Assembly: GCA_963718525.1 (NCBI GenBank)
Contig: OY970355.1
Span: 32,001-96,000 of the forward strand
Direction: 5' to 3'
DNA: 64,000 nucleotides
DNA from: Candidatus Dormiibacterota bacterium
GTDB lineage: Bacteria; Chloroflexota; Dormibacteria; Aeolococcales; Aeolococcaceae
In this document: piece by piece, positions 30,650-39,811 of the stretch
Numbering within the stretch: position 1 is the stretch's first letter
Layout: every line of letters begins with the position of its first letter
Notes under the pieces: model-generated
Seen by the model: only the letters and a program-made list of their open reading frames with translations
Database searches by the model: none
What the model was told of the DNA's origin: nothing
Position numbers and translations under genes: made by a program

Positions 30650-30888
30650 CAGCGCATCATCCTGGCTCGCCGGCTCGTGCGGTCGCGCGGCAGCGGCAGG
30701 ATGAGCTGCCGGCCGGCCTGGCGAACGAGCGATCCGATCCGATCATTCGGCGCCCCACTGGGCTGCGGTGACCGTGCCGGCACAATCACGAAACGTTCGC
30801 CGTGGGAGGCGAGCAGGCTCTGCGCTCGCCGCAGGTACGCTCCCTCGCCGGCGCCGGCATCGACGGAAACCGAGTTGTCTGCATCCAT
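30649..30888 (-). CDS. Small hypothetical protein (79 aa) coupled to TM0106
   Basis: Stop overlaps the TM0106 ATG (TGATG); start lies 6 nt after CATCGT, like other leaderless genes here. No recognisable family. Confidence 0.4.
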   Translation of the reverse strand: MDADNSVSVDAGAGEGAYLRRAQSLLASHGERFVIVPARSPQPSGAPNDRIGSLVRQAGRQLILPLPRDRTSRRARMMR

Positions 30889-30894
30889 GCCCTG

Positions 30895-30935
30895 ACGATG
30901 CGCGTCACCGACGACAGGTGCCTGTCGCGTACGGT
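30895..30935. promoter_or_regulatory. Divergent promoter pair sharing the palindrome CGACAGG-TG-CCTGTCG (candidate WYL-regulator site)
   Basis: Palindrome at 30912-30927. Minus strand: TGTCGT-10 nt-CATCGT-6 nt-ATG. Plus strand: TACGGT-6 nt-GTG of the GNAT gene. Confidence 0.55.
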
Positions 30936-30941
30936 TTGCTG

Positions 30942-31469
30942 GTGCCTGACGAGATCGAGATCCGCCCCATTCGCGAATCCGAATACGCGGCGGCCGGCGA
31001 AGCGACCGCACGAGCCTATCGTGAGTTCCTGACACCCGACAGGCCGGGGTTCGCGGCGTACGTGGCGCGCATCGCCGATATCGGTGCTCGCGTGAACCAC
31101 GCCACGGTCCTGGTGGCTGTCATCGAGGGCGTGATCGCCGGATCCGCGACGCTCGAGATCGAAGCGCGCGTCTCACCGACGACCGCCCAGCCGCTCGAGC
31201 CGGACGAGGCGCACCTCCGCATGCTCGGAGTGAGCCCTCACCTTCGCGGCCTGGGGATCGGGCGCCGCCTCGTCGACGCATGCATCGAGGTGGCTCGCGA
31301 ACGCGGCAAACGGCGGCTCACGCTGGACACGTCTCCGGTGATGCGGGCAGCGCAGCGGATGTACTCGACGATGGGATTCACGTCGACCGGTGAGCGCAGC
31401 ATGCCCGACGGCGGCGTGCTCCTCGGCTACACCATCGATGTCCAGTCCGTAGCCCCGGCGACCCGCTAG
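30942..31469 (+). CDS. GNAT-family N-acetyltransferase
   Basis: LRMLGVSPHLRGLGIGRRLV acetyl-CoA motif and AQRMYSTMGF. Confidence 0.9.
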   Translation: MPDEIEIRPIRESEYAAAGEATARAYREFLTPDRPGFAAYVARIADIGARVNHATVLVAVIEGVIAGSATLEIEARVSPTTAQPLEPDEAHLRMLGVSPHLRGLGIGRRLVDACIEVARERGKRRLTLDTSPVMRAAQRMYSTMGFTSTGERSMPDGGVLLGYTIDVQSVAPATR

Positions 31470-31478
31470 GCTCGTCCC

Positions 31479-32477
31479 GTGCCAGGCGTGTACGAGAAGG
31501 GAGAGAAGGAGCTTCGAGTCATCAAGCTCTTCGCGCGGCTGTGCGAGACCGAGGTCGGACTGACGACCCGGCAGCTCGCCGAGGAGCTCGAGGTAAATGC
31601 GCGCACGGTGCAGCGCTACGTCGCGACCCTGCGGGACAACGCGGGGATCGACGTCGAGGAGGCCGGAGGACGCTGGCGGATCGGCAAAGGGAGCCTGCTG
31701 CCGCCGCTGCAGCTCGACCACTACCAGGCCACGCTCCTGCTGGTGGCCGTGCGCCTGCTCCAGCAGGTGCGTCCCGAGCAGGACCCGGCCCTTGTCGGCG
31801 CGCTCGCCCACCTGTCTCGAGCGCTCAGCGTCCCGGTCGTCAGCGAATATCTTCGCCGGACCCTGGCCGCCGCCGAACGCCAGCCTGCCGACAGCGAGCG
31901 GCTCAAGGTGGAGCGCACCGTCATCGACGGTTTCGTGCTGCATCGCGAGATCGAGGTCCGGTACGTCGACGCCAAGGGCAACGAGACGCGTCGTGATCTC
32001 CGCCCCTATTTCATCCAGCCGACGGCCGAAGGGCGGCACATCTACGTGTTCGCGCTGGACTCGGTTTCGCACGAGGTTCGATCCTGGCGGCTCGACCGGA
32101 TCCGCTCCGCTCGCCTGCTGCCCACGACGTTCTCGGTCCCGACCGACTTCGACATCGACACGGTGCTCGGGGCCGCGTGGGCGATCTGGCAGGGTCCGGG
32201 TGGCGACCGTGTGGTGCTGCGCTTCTCGCCCGAGGCGCGCCAGTGGGTCGATGAGAGCCCATGGCCCGCCCACACGCAGCGCCTCGACCTGCCCGGCGGC
32301 GGGATCGAGATTCGACTTGACGTCACGGGCGAGGTCGAGATGCGCCCATGGTTGATGCGCTGGGGAGCCAACGTCGAGGTGCTCGAGCCGGCGTCGCTAC
32401 GCCGCCACATCGCGGAGTCGCATGCGGCCGCGGCGGCACTGTACGCGTCGAGTCCAGGCAAACGGGGTAAAACGTGA
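31479..32477 (+). CDS. HTH-WYL-WCX transcriptional regulator (PafB/PafC/DriD-like)
   Basis: [22 protein letters not shown] domain ([20 protein letters not shown]) and WCX ([18 protein letters not shown]). Confidence 0.93.
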   Translation: MPGVYEKGEKELRVIKLFARLCETEVGLTTRQLAEELEVNARTVQRYVATLRDNAGIDVEEAGGRWRIGKGSLLPPLQLDHYQATLLLVAVRLLQQVRPEQDPALVGALAHLSRALSVPVVSEYLRRTLAAAERQPADSERLKVERTVIDGFVLHREIEVRYVDAKGNETRRDLRPYFIQPTAEGRHIYVFALDSVSHEVRSWRLDRIRSARLLPTTFSVPTDFDIDTVLGAAWAIWQGPGGDRVVLRFSPEARQWVDESPWPAHTQRLDLPGGGIEIRLDVTGEVEMRPWLMRWGANVEVLEPASLRRHIAESHAAAAALYASSPGKRGKT

Positions 32478-32902
32478 GCACCATGGAAGACAAGGTCACC
32501 CTCACCGACAAAGTAACCCTCACGGACGACGAGTGGCGTCAGCGCCTGACGCCTGAGCAGTATTCGGTCCTTCGCAAGGCGAGCACCGAGCGCCCCTTCA
32601 CCGGGCAGTACGTCCACGTGGACGATAAGGGCGTCTACAAGTGCGCCGGCTGCGGCGCCGAACTGTTCAGCTCGGACACCAAGTTCAACTCCGACACGGG
32701 CTGGCCGAGCTTCTTCGCTCCGCTCACTGACTCGGCGGTCCAGGAGCATCGGGACTGGAGCATGGTGATCCCGCGCACGGAGATTCGCTGTGCGAAGTGC
32801 GGCGGTCATCTCGGCCACGTCTTCCCGGACGGCCCGGAGCCCACCGGTCAGCGCTACTGCATGAACTCCTGCGCGCTCAAGCTGGAGAAGTCGGCGGGCT
32901 GA
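32474..32902 (+). CDS. msrB: Peptide-methionine (R)-S-oxide reductase
   Basis: [37 protein letters not shown] and RYCMNS motifs. Confidence 0.97.
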   Translation: MSTMEDKVTLTDKVTLTDDEWRQRLTPEQYSVLRKASTERPFTGQYVHVDDKGVYKCAGCGAELFSSDTKFNSDTGWPSFFAPLTDSAVQEHRDWSMVIPRTEIRCAKCGGHLGHVFPDGPEPTGQRYCMNSCALKLEKSAG

Positions 32903-34941
32903 TGCCGCCCGGGCCCTCGCCTCGGGCTCGCGCGGTCCTCGAGCAGACCTTCGGATTCGCGGACTTCCGGCCGGGACAGGCCGATGTCGTCGCGGCCACC
33001 GAGTCTCGGCGGGACGTGCTCTTCGTGGCACCGACCGGCTCGGGGAAGAGCATCGCGTACTGGGTGCCGGGGATCGCGGGTGGCGGCCTCACCATCGTGG
33101 TGTCTCCGCTCATCGCGCTGATGGTCGATCAGGTCGCACGGCTGATCGAGCTCGGTGTCCCGGCCGCGTGCCTGCACAGCCAGGTGTCAGCGGCCACCCG
33201 CGCTGAATCGTTGCGCGCGGCCGCAGCCGGCGAGCTGCGCTTCCTCTATCTCGCCCCGGAGCGCCTCGGCGCTCCCGGGTTCCTCGACAACCTCAGGAAC
33301 CTCACGGTCGATCGCTTCGTCGTCGACGAAGCGCACTGCATCTCGAGCTGGGGCCACGACTTCCGTCCCGATTACAGGCGGCTCGGCGACGCCATCGCCG
33401 CCTGCGGCCGGCCACCGGTCGGCGCATTCACCGCAACGGCAACGCCGCGGGTGCGCGACGACATCGCCGCCAGCCTCGGCCTGCAGATGCCAGTCGAGCG
33501 CGTCACCGGGTTCGTGCGCGACAACCTGACCATGTCGGTGGTTCGCTGTCGGGGGGCCGCGGACAAGCGCGACGCACTGCTGAGCCTTGTGCGCCGCGGC
33601 GAGGGCCGTGCGCTGATCTACTGCGGGAGCAGGCGCAGCACCGACGAGGTCACGGACCTGCTCGCCGGCGCAGGGGTCGCGGTGGCCGCCTATCACGGCG
33701 CCGTCGACGGGGATACCCGGCAGGCCGTCCACGAAGGGTTTACCGCCGGCAGGCTCCAGGCGATCGTCGCCACGTCCGCATTCGGCATGGGGGTTGATTT
33801 CCCGGACATCCGCAGGGTCATCCACCACGATTTCCCCGGGAGCCTCGAGGAGTACTACCAGCAGGCGGGTCGCGCCGGGCGGGATGGCGAACCATCCGAA
33901 TGCATCCTCCTGTACTGCCCCGCCGACCGTCAGCTCCAGGAATTCTTCATCGAGCAGGCCTACCCCGAGCGAGATGCCGTCCGCGCCGTGTATCGCGAGC
34001 TCCTCCGCGAGGGCAGGGATGCCATCGAGGACTGGCAGGCTCGTGGGGTGGCGGTCAACGCGGCTCGCGCCGCGCTCGATCTGCTCCGGCGAACCGAGGT
34101 GGTGCAGCCCGACGGCAGCATTCGACGCCTCACCGGGCCGCCGGTCGACTTCGAGGAGCAGACGCTGCTCAAAGCCAACGCGTACGCGCGCGTGAACCAG
34201 GTCATGGAGTACGCGGCGTCACGTGGCTGCCGGCATGCACGCATCGCGGACTATTTCGGCGAGCAGGGCGTGGCCCGGACGTGCATGGCGTGCGACAACT
34301 GCCTCGACAGCAATCGTGCGTCGTACATCGCAGTCGAGAGTGCCCACGTCACTGCGGCGCTCGGGTGCGTGGCGCGCTTCGACGGTCACCTTGGCGGCGT
34401 TCGCATCGCATCGATCCTGCGTGGTTCCACGGATGCCTGGACGGCTTCGCGCTCGTGGGTCTCGGACCTGCAGTGGTTCGGCGCGCTCCGCGGCTGGGAG
34501 CTGGAAACCATCCGCGGGTTGCTCGAGCGGCTGGTCGAGCTCGACTGCATCACTCGTGGACACGGCGAGAAACCAACCCTTGGCATCACGCTCCGTGGCA
34601 CCGCTGTACTGCGCGGCGAGGAGAAACTCGATGTCGACGTGCGTGCCGCACGGTCGCCGCGCAGAGGCTCCCGAAGTCCGGCAGCCGCGACAGCGGGGGC
34701 GACGATGACGCCCGATGTTGCCGCACGGTTCGAGGCGTTACGGAGCTGGAGGCTGGAGGTGGCTCGACGCACGCAGGTGCCGCCGTACGTCGTCTTTCAC
34801 GACAGGACGCTGGCCGAGATCGCACACCGCCGGCCGTCGTCAGCCGCGTCGCTCGCGGCAATTCCCGGGGTTGGACCGGCCAAGCTCGACCGCTATGGAG
34901 AGTCCCTACTTGCGGTTCTGTGTGACGGTGGTGAGTCCTAG
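32902..34941 (+). CDS. recQ: ATP-dependent DNA helicase RecQ with RQC and HRDC domains
   Basis: FRPGQ, PTGSGKS, VDEAHCISSWGHDFRPDY, TATAT, AFGMGVD, QQAGRAGRDG, Zn-binding CR..CDNC and HRDC VPPYVVFHD. Confidence 0.96.
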   Translation: MPPGPSPRARAVLEQTFGFADFRPGQADVVAATESRRDVLFVAPTGSGKSIAYWVPGIAGGGLTIVVSPLIALMVDQVARLIELGVPAACLHSQVSAATRAESLRAAAAGELRFLYLAPERLGAPGFLDNLRNLTVDRFVVDEAHCISSWGHDFRPDYRRLGDAIAACGRPPVGAFTATATPRVRDDIAASLGLQMPVERVTGFVRDNLTMSVVRCRGAADKRDALLSLVRRGEGRALIYCGSRRSTDEVTDLLAGAGVAVAAYHGAVDGDTRQAVHEGFTAGRLQAIVATSAFGMGVDFPDIRRVIHHDFPGSLEEYYQQAGRAGRDGEPSECILLYCPADRQLQEFFIEQAYPERDAVRAVYRELLREGRDAIEDWQARGVAVNAARAALDLLRRTEVVQPDGSIRRLTGPPVDFEEQTLLKANAYARVNQVMEYAASRGCRHARIADYFGEQGVARTCMACDNCLDSNRASYIAVESAHVTAALGCVARFDGHLGGVRIASILRGSTDAWTASRSWVSDLQWFGALRGWELETIRGLLERLVELDCITRGHGEKPTLGITLRGTAVLRGEEKLDVDVRAARSPRRGSRSPAAATAGATMTPDVAARFEALRSWRLEVARRTQVPPYVVFHDRTLAEIAHRRPSSAASLAAIPGVGPAKLDRYGESLLAVLCDGGES

Positions 34942-34986
34942 GCGGTCGCTACCCGATAGATCAGCAGGACGAGCTTCACCGCATCC

Positions 34987-35466
34987 TCAGCGTACGGCCT
35001 TTTTCACAAGCGCCGTGATCTTTGCCTCTTCGGTGGCAGTCAATTTGGTGAGCGCGTACTGAATCGGCCACATCGCGCCGTCATCGATCTTCGCCTTGTC
35101 GCTGAAGCCGACCGTCTGATATCTGACCTTGAACTTTCCGGCGTTCTGGAAGTAGCAGATGACACTGCCGTCCTTGGTGTAGGCGGGCATTCCGTACCAG
35201 GTTTTCGGTGCCAGGTTCGGCGCCGCGGCCGTGATCAGCGCATGAACCTTTTTTGCGATGGCCCGATCCGGCTCCTGCATCCTGGCGATCGCCGCGAGCA
35301 AGTCGGTTTCGCCATCCGCCCTGGCCGCCTCCGCCTTCAGCTCCCGGACGCGCTCGCGCGCCGCGGCCTTCTCTTCAGGACTGAATCCTTTTGACGCTGT
35401 AGCGTTCGCGGTTGTGCGCTTTGCGGGTTTCTGCGTGCCTTTGGTCGTCGTTTTGGTTGGCGCCAT
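34987..35466 (-). CDS. DUF1801 / YdhG-like protein
   Basis: PKTWYGMPAY, FQNAGKFKVRY and MWPIQYAL motifs; GGAGAGGAG RBS. Confidence 0.85.
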   Translation of the reverse strand: MAPTKTTTKGTQKPAKRTTANATASKGFSPEEKAAARERVRELKAEAARADGETDLLAAIARMQEPDRAIAKKVHALITAAAPNLAPKTWYGMPAYTKDGSVICYFQNAGKFKVRYQTVGFSDKAKIDDGAMWPIQYALTKLTATEEAKITALVKKAVR

Positions 35467-35583
35467 CAATCGCGCTCCTCTCCATGGTTTGACGAGAACA
35501 CCTTGAGTGTATGGACCCGGACGAGCATGCGCTCGACATCCACCTCACGCGCATCCATCATGAGCAATTGCCCCAGTAGCGGG

Positions 35584-36090
35584 TCAGGAAATAGGGTCGG
35601 CGACCTCGTTGAGGGACGGAATGTTGCATGTAGCAGCGATTCCCCGCCGCGAGAAATACTTCTGGTGGTAGTCCTCGGCGTCCCAGAACCGTGCCGCCGG
35701 CACAATCTCGGTGACGATCGGGCGCCGGTAGCGCCCCAACTCGTCCATCCGCTTCTTCGACGCGACCGCGGCAGCCTCCTGCTCCGGTGAGTGGAAGAAG
35801 ATCACCGACCGGTAGTTGTCACCGACGTCGGGTCCCTGGCGGTTCAACTGCGTGGGGTCGTGATTCATCCAGAAGATGTCCAGCAACGTGTCGTAGCTGA
35901 CACGTGCGGGGTCGAACGTCACCTCGACCGCCTCCGCGTGCCCGGTGCGATGCGAGCACACCGCCTCATACGAGGGCGCCTGCGTGAAGCCGCCCGTGTA
36001 GCCGACCTTGGTCCGGGTGACGCCGTCGACCTGTTCGAACACCGATTCCACGCCCCAGAAGCATCCCGCACCGAATGTCGCAGTTTCCAT
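35584..36090 (-). CDS. msrA: Peptide-methionine (S)-S-oxide reductase
   Basis: GAGCFWG, TGHAE, HDPTQLNRQGPDVG and AEDYHQKY motifs. Leaderless ATG 6 nt after CATACT. Confidence 0.97.
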   Translation of the reverse strand: METATFGAGCFWGVESVFEQVDGVTRTKVGYTGGFTQAPSYEAVCSHRTGHAEAVEVTFDPARVSYDTLLDIFWMNHDPTQLNRQGPDVGDNYRSVIFFHSPEQEAAAVASKKRMDELGRYRRPIVTEIVPAARFWDAEDYHQKYFSRRGIAATCNIPSLNEVADPIS

Positions 36091-36123
36091 GGTGCGAGTA
36101 TGCCTCGATCCCACCTCAGCCAA

Positions 36124-37404
36124 TCACGAGGCCGAGAGCGCCAGCTTGACCTGCCCGGTCGCATACACCGGCGGCCAGACCACGACGCTCTGACGAGGCG
36201 CCTGCCATTGCCACACCACCGCAGCCGCCCTGGTGTTCTGCCCGAGCTGGCCGGGGGCGGTCGAGAAGAGCACGCCGCCGCCGTTGGGGAGGCTGCCGCT
36301 CGGCAGATCGAGCGCACGCGCCGCAGCGGCGATGCTCTGCGCGCCTCCGTCTCCCGCACGTTCGAGGACGTCGGCAAAGAGCACCCAGGCTGCGCTGAAG
36401 CCGGCGATTCCCTCCTCGTCGGGCGCCGCCTGTCCGGTGTGCTGCTTCCAGAGCGCCGCGAATCGGTTGTAGAGCGCCCTCGCCTGAGGATCGAGGGCGC
36501 CCGGGTTGAAGTTTCCCTGGGGACGATCAGAGGCGAACACCCCGACCGCGGCCGAGCCGAGGACGTTGCCGAAGTCCTGGTCGCACTGCGCCATGGTCGT
36601 CCCCATGAACACCTTCACCTGCAGTCCCGCAGCGAGGAATGCCCGGCGAAACGCGATGCCGTCCTGGATGTGCGACGACAGCACGAGAATGTCAGGCTTC
36701 TCAGCCGCGAGCGCCCGCATCACCGGCGCCCAGTCGGGCGTGTAGGGGTTGTAGACGAACTCACCGGCGATGCTCAGCCCTCCGGCCTGGAGCGCGCTGC
36801 GCGTGGCGTCGGCAACCGAGTGGCCGTACTCGTCATCCGCCGTGACGAAGGAGACGCGAATCTTGTCGATGGGGACGCCCATCCGCGGCACCAGCTCGTC
36901 GAGCATGAACGTCCCGGAGTTGGCACCGAGCTCGGCACCGTTGACTCCGACGCGGAAGATCAGGGGCGATCCCTGTCCGGTCACCCGGTCGGCGACAGCG
37001 CCCGTCTCCCAGTACACCAGGCCGGCGCCCGATACCGCGGCCGCGGCCGGGATCGACAGCTGCGACGAGTATGCGCCAATCACGACAGGAACTCCGTCGT
37101 TGCGCAGGCTCGCAACGGCAGCGGGAATCTGCGCCTGGTCCTCGACGTCACGCACGTCGAGCGAGATCGGGCGGCCGGCGATGCCACCCGCTGCGTTGAC
37201 CATCGCCGCCGCGAGTGAGGCCCCGAGGTACTCGTCGGTCGAGCCGGGCGCCGTGCTGCCGGACAGCGGGAAGATCGCCCCGATGCGCAGCGGAACGGGC
37301 CCCGCCGCTGCCACCGCCGCACACGCCGCGGCGAGCAGGGCGAGGATCAGAGCACCGACCAAGCCGAACGAACGGGTGCGTGCAGCGCGGGGCTCCCCTG
37401 GCAC
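36124..37404 (-). CDS. Branched-chain amino acid-type ABC substrate-binding protein
   Basis: Signal peptide, LRIGAIFPLSG, VNAAGGIAGRPI, IGAYSS and QWQ...VVWP motifs. Confidence 0.87.
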   Translation of the reverse strand: MPGEPRAARTRSFGLVGALILALLAAACAAVAAAGPVPLRIGAIFPLSGSTAPGSTDEYLGASLAAAMVNAAGGIAGRPISLDVRDVEDQAQIPAAVASLRNDGVPVVIGAYSSQLSIPAAAAVSGAGLVYWETGAVADRVTGQGSPLIFRVGVNGAELGANSGTFMLDELVPRMGVPIDKIRVSFVTADDEYGHSVADATRSALQAGGLSIAGEFVYNPYTPDWAPVMRALAAEKPDILVLSSHIQDGIAFRRAFLAAGLQVKVFMGTTMAQCDQDFGNVLGSAAVGVFASDRPQGNFNPGALDPQARALYNRFAALWKQHTGQAAPDEEGIAGFSAAWVLFADVLERAGDGGAQSIAAAARALDLPSGSLPNGGGVLFSTAPGQLGQNTRAAAVVWQWQAPRQSVVVWPPVYATGQVKLALSAS

Positions 37405-37464
37405 CGGCCGATCTTAGCCCGCGACGCCGCGTCGCGGCGTCCAGCAGGTGGCCGGGTGCCCGGG

Positions 37465-38235
37465 CTATCCGGTCGTGTCCCCCATCAGGGTGACCAGTTC
37501 GTCGTGGAGCAACCCGTTGGTCGTGATCACGTTGCCCGAATCGATGCGGACGGCGCCGTCGAAGTCGCTGAATCGCCCGCCGGCCTCCACCATGATCACC
37601 TGGGTCGCGGCGACGTCCCATGGGTTCACCCACGCCTCCACGGCCACGTCGATGACTCCTTCCGCGACCAGCATGTGGGACCAGAAATCACCGAATGCGC
37701 GGACCACACGGGCGCGCTCGAGCACCGTGCGGAAGCCGCGCTCGCCACGCCGCGTCGCGAAGTCACGCACGTCGGTGCACGACACGTACGCGTCCTCCAG
37801 GGTCGAGGTTCGCGAGACGTGGATGCGCTGCCCCGAGCCCATGTACGCACCCTGACCGGTGGCCGCCCACCAGCGGCGCCCCAATGCAGGCGCCGAGACC
37901 ACGCCACACACCGCGCGGTCGCCGCGCATGAGCGCGATCAACGTTGCCCAGACGGGGACGCCATTGGCGTAGTTCACCGTCCCGTCGATGGGATCGATGA
38001 TCCACCGCCACTCCGCGTGACCTTCTCCGCCGAATTCCTCGCCCACGATCTCCTGACCCGGGCGTAGTCGCCCCAGCGCGTCGCGGAGCGCCTGCTCGGT
38101 GGTGCGGTCCGCGTCGGTCACCGGCGTGCTGTCCGGTTTCGTGTCGACGCGCAGGTCAGGGGCGCGGAAGCGCGCCGACGTGATCGCATCGGCGATGTCG
38201 GCGAGTTCCAGCGCGACCTCGAGGTGGGATGACAT
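37465..38235 (-). CDS. hisN: Histidinol-phosphatase, inositol monophosphatase family
   Basis: KPDSTPVTDADR, GEEFG, DPIDGT, VWATLIAL, RRWWAA, GDFWSHMLVAEG and WDVAA motifs. Confidence 0.85.
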   Translation of the reverse strand: MSSHLEVALELADIADAITSARFRAPDLRVDTKPDSTPVTDADRTTEQALRDALGRLRPGQEIVGEEFGGEGHAEWRWIIDPIDGTVNYANGVPVWATLIALMRGDRAVCGVVSAPALGRRWWAATGQGAYMGSGQRIHVSRTSTLEDAYVSCTDVRDFATRRGERGFRTVLERARVVRAFGDFWSHMLVAEGVIDVAVEAWVNPWDVAATQVIMVEAGGRFSDFDGAVRIDSGNVITTNGLLHDELVTLMGDTTG

Positions 38236-38300
38236 CCGAGCGCATAGTGTCGCGATCCGCGCCGGCCCGTGCTCGACCGCCGCGCCAATACCATGCGTGG

Positions 38301-38999
38301 ATGGCCGGCACCACGACATCCTTCGCGATCCCCGCCAGCACGGTTGCGATGCTCCGCGATGTCGAAGGTGGGGTCGAGGTCTGCATGCTCCGCCGTCCGG
38401 CTCGAAGCAGCTTCGCCGCTGGCGCCTTCGTCTTTCCGGGTGGTGCGGTCGACGCTGCCGACGGTGCGGACGATCAGGCCTACGCGGTCGCCGGTGTCCG
38501 CGAAGTGCTCGAGGAGGTCGGCATCCTCATCGGTGGACCCGCACCGGGTTCCGCATCGGGCGACCTCGCCGCGCGGATCAGCGCCGCTCGCTCGAAGCTG
38601 CTCGCGGGCGGGAGCCTCAACGATGTCCTGCGCGAGAACGACCTGGTGATCGCCACCGATCAGCTCATCTACATCGGGCACTTCATCACGCCACCGAGTG
38701 AAGGCCGCCGCTACGACGCGCGTTTCTTCGCGCTTGCGGCGACAGGCGATCAGGTCGTCCGGGTGCATGCGGCGGAGGCGGTCGAGGGTGGCTGGCACCG
38801 TCCCGAATCGATGCTCCGCCTCGAATACCCGGCGCTGATGCCCCCGACCCGAATGCTGTGTCACGAGTTCGCTCGCCTGGGGTCGGTCGACGCGATCCTG
38901 GGGACGCTTGGCGCGCACCCGATCGAGGTGACCGACATCACCCCGAAGGTCGTCGAACGATGGATGGGCCTCCACCGCGAGCAGGGGGCTTCCTCTTGA
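38301..38999 (+). CDS. Nudix hydrolase (Nudt19-like)
   Basis: VFPGGAVD...REVLEEVG, ITP...RYDARFF and MPPT motifs. Confidence 0.85.
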   Translation: MAGTTTSFAIPASTVAMLRDVEGGVEVCMLRRPARSSFAAGAFVFPGGAVDAADGADDQAYAVAGVREVLEEVGILIGGPAPGSASGDLAARISAARSKLLAGGSLNDVLRENDLVIATDQLIYIGHFITPPSEGRRYDARFFALAATGDQVVRVHAAEAVEGGWHRPESMLRLEYPALMPPTRMLCHEFARLGSVDAILGTLGAHPIEVTDITPKVVERWMGLHREQGASS

Positions 39000-39808
39000 A
39001 GGCACCCACCCGGGTCCTCGCGCCCAACCCGTCGGTGTTCACCGGTCGGGGCACGAACACATACCTCGCGGGCGACGAGTCGCTCGTGTGCATCGACCCG
39101 GGACCTGATGATGACCGGCACCTGGCCGCCATCATCGCGGCCGCCGTCGAGCGGCCGGGCCGGATCACCGCGATCGCGCTGACGCATTCACACCCGGACC
39201 ACCGCCCCCTGGCCATGCGCCTCGCAGCAGAGACCGGCGCCCCGGTGTACTGCTTCGATCCGTCTGCTGGAGAGGAGAACGCCACCAAGGTGGTCGACGG
39301 CGAGGTGCTTCGGCAAGGTGACCTCGAGCTGATCGCAGTGCACACGCCCGGACACACTCGCGACCACCTCTGCTTCTTCGACCCGCACGCACGCGCGCTC
39401 TACTCCGGCGACCACATCCTCAACGGCACCACGTCCGTCGTCCACCCCGGCGACGGCGACATGTCGGACTACATCGATTCGCTGCGGCGCGTGCAGGCAC
39501 TCCAACCGCTGACCATCCTCCCCGGCCATGGCGAGCGTGTCGACGACGCCCGTGCGCTGATCGACGAGTACATCGCCCACCGGCTCGAGCGTGAGGCACA
39601 GGTGATCGCCGCCGCCCGGGGACGGACCGCATTCACGCCGATGGACCTCGTGCCCGCGTTGTATGTGGGCTACCCGGTTGAGGTGTACCCGCTCGCGGCG
39701 TGGACGGTCCAGGCGCACCTGGACAAGCTGGTACGCGACGGCCTGATCGATCGCCTCGACGACGGGGCAGCCACCGAAACGCCTCGATACCTCGCAACCC
39801 CGGCGTGA
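38996..39808 (+). CDS. MBL-fold hydrolase (LACTB2-like) with C-terminal winged helix
   Basis: APNPS..TG.GTNTY, THSHPDH, TPGHTRDH, SGDHIL and PGHG motifs. TTG start overlaps the Nudix stop. Confidence 0.88.
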   Translation: MKAPTRVLAPNPSVFTGRGTNTYLAGDESLVCIDPGPDDDRHLAAIIAAAVERPGRITAIALTHSHPDHRPLAMRLAAETGAPVYCFDPSAGEENATKVVDGEVLRQGDLELIAVHTPGHTRDHLCFFDPHARALYSGDHILNGTTSVVHPGDGDMSDYIDSLRRVQALQPLTILPGHGERVDDARALIDEYIAHRLEREAQVIAAARGRTAFTPMDLVPALYVGYPVEVYPLAAWTVQAHLDKLVRDGLIDRLDDGAATETPRYLATPA

Positions 39809-39811
39809 CGG

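Noticed and set aside
27185-32477. TM0106 plus WYL as a CRISPR-Cas or defence island
   Set aside because: No repeat-spacer array, cas genes, methyltransferase or mobility genes were seen, and the neighbours are housekeeping genes. A defence role is not excluded but has no support here.
35467-35583. 79-aa ORF 35466-35705 between DUF1801 and msrA
   Set aside because: It overlaps msrA out of frame; the gap is explained by a TACACT promoter element and the RBS of DUF1801.
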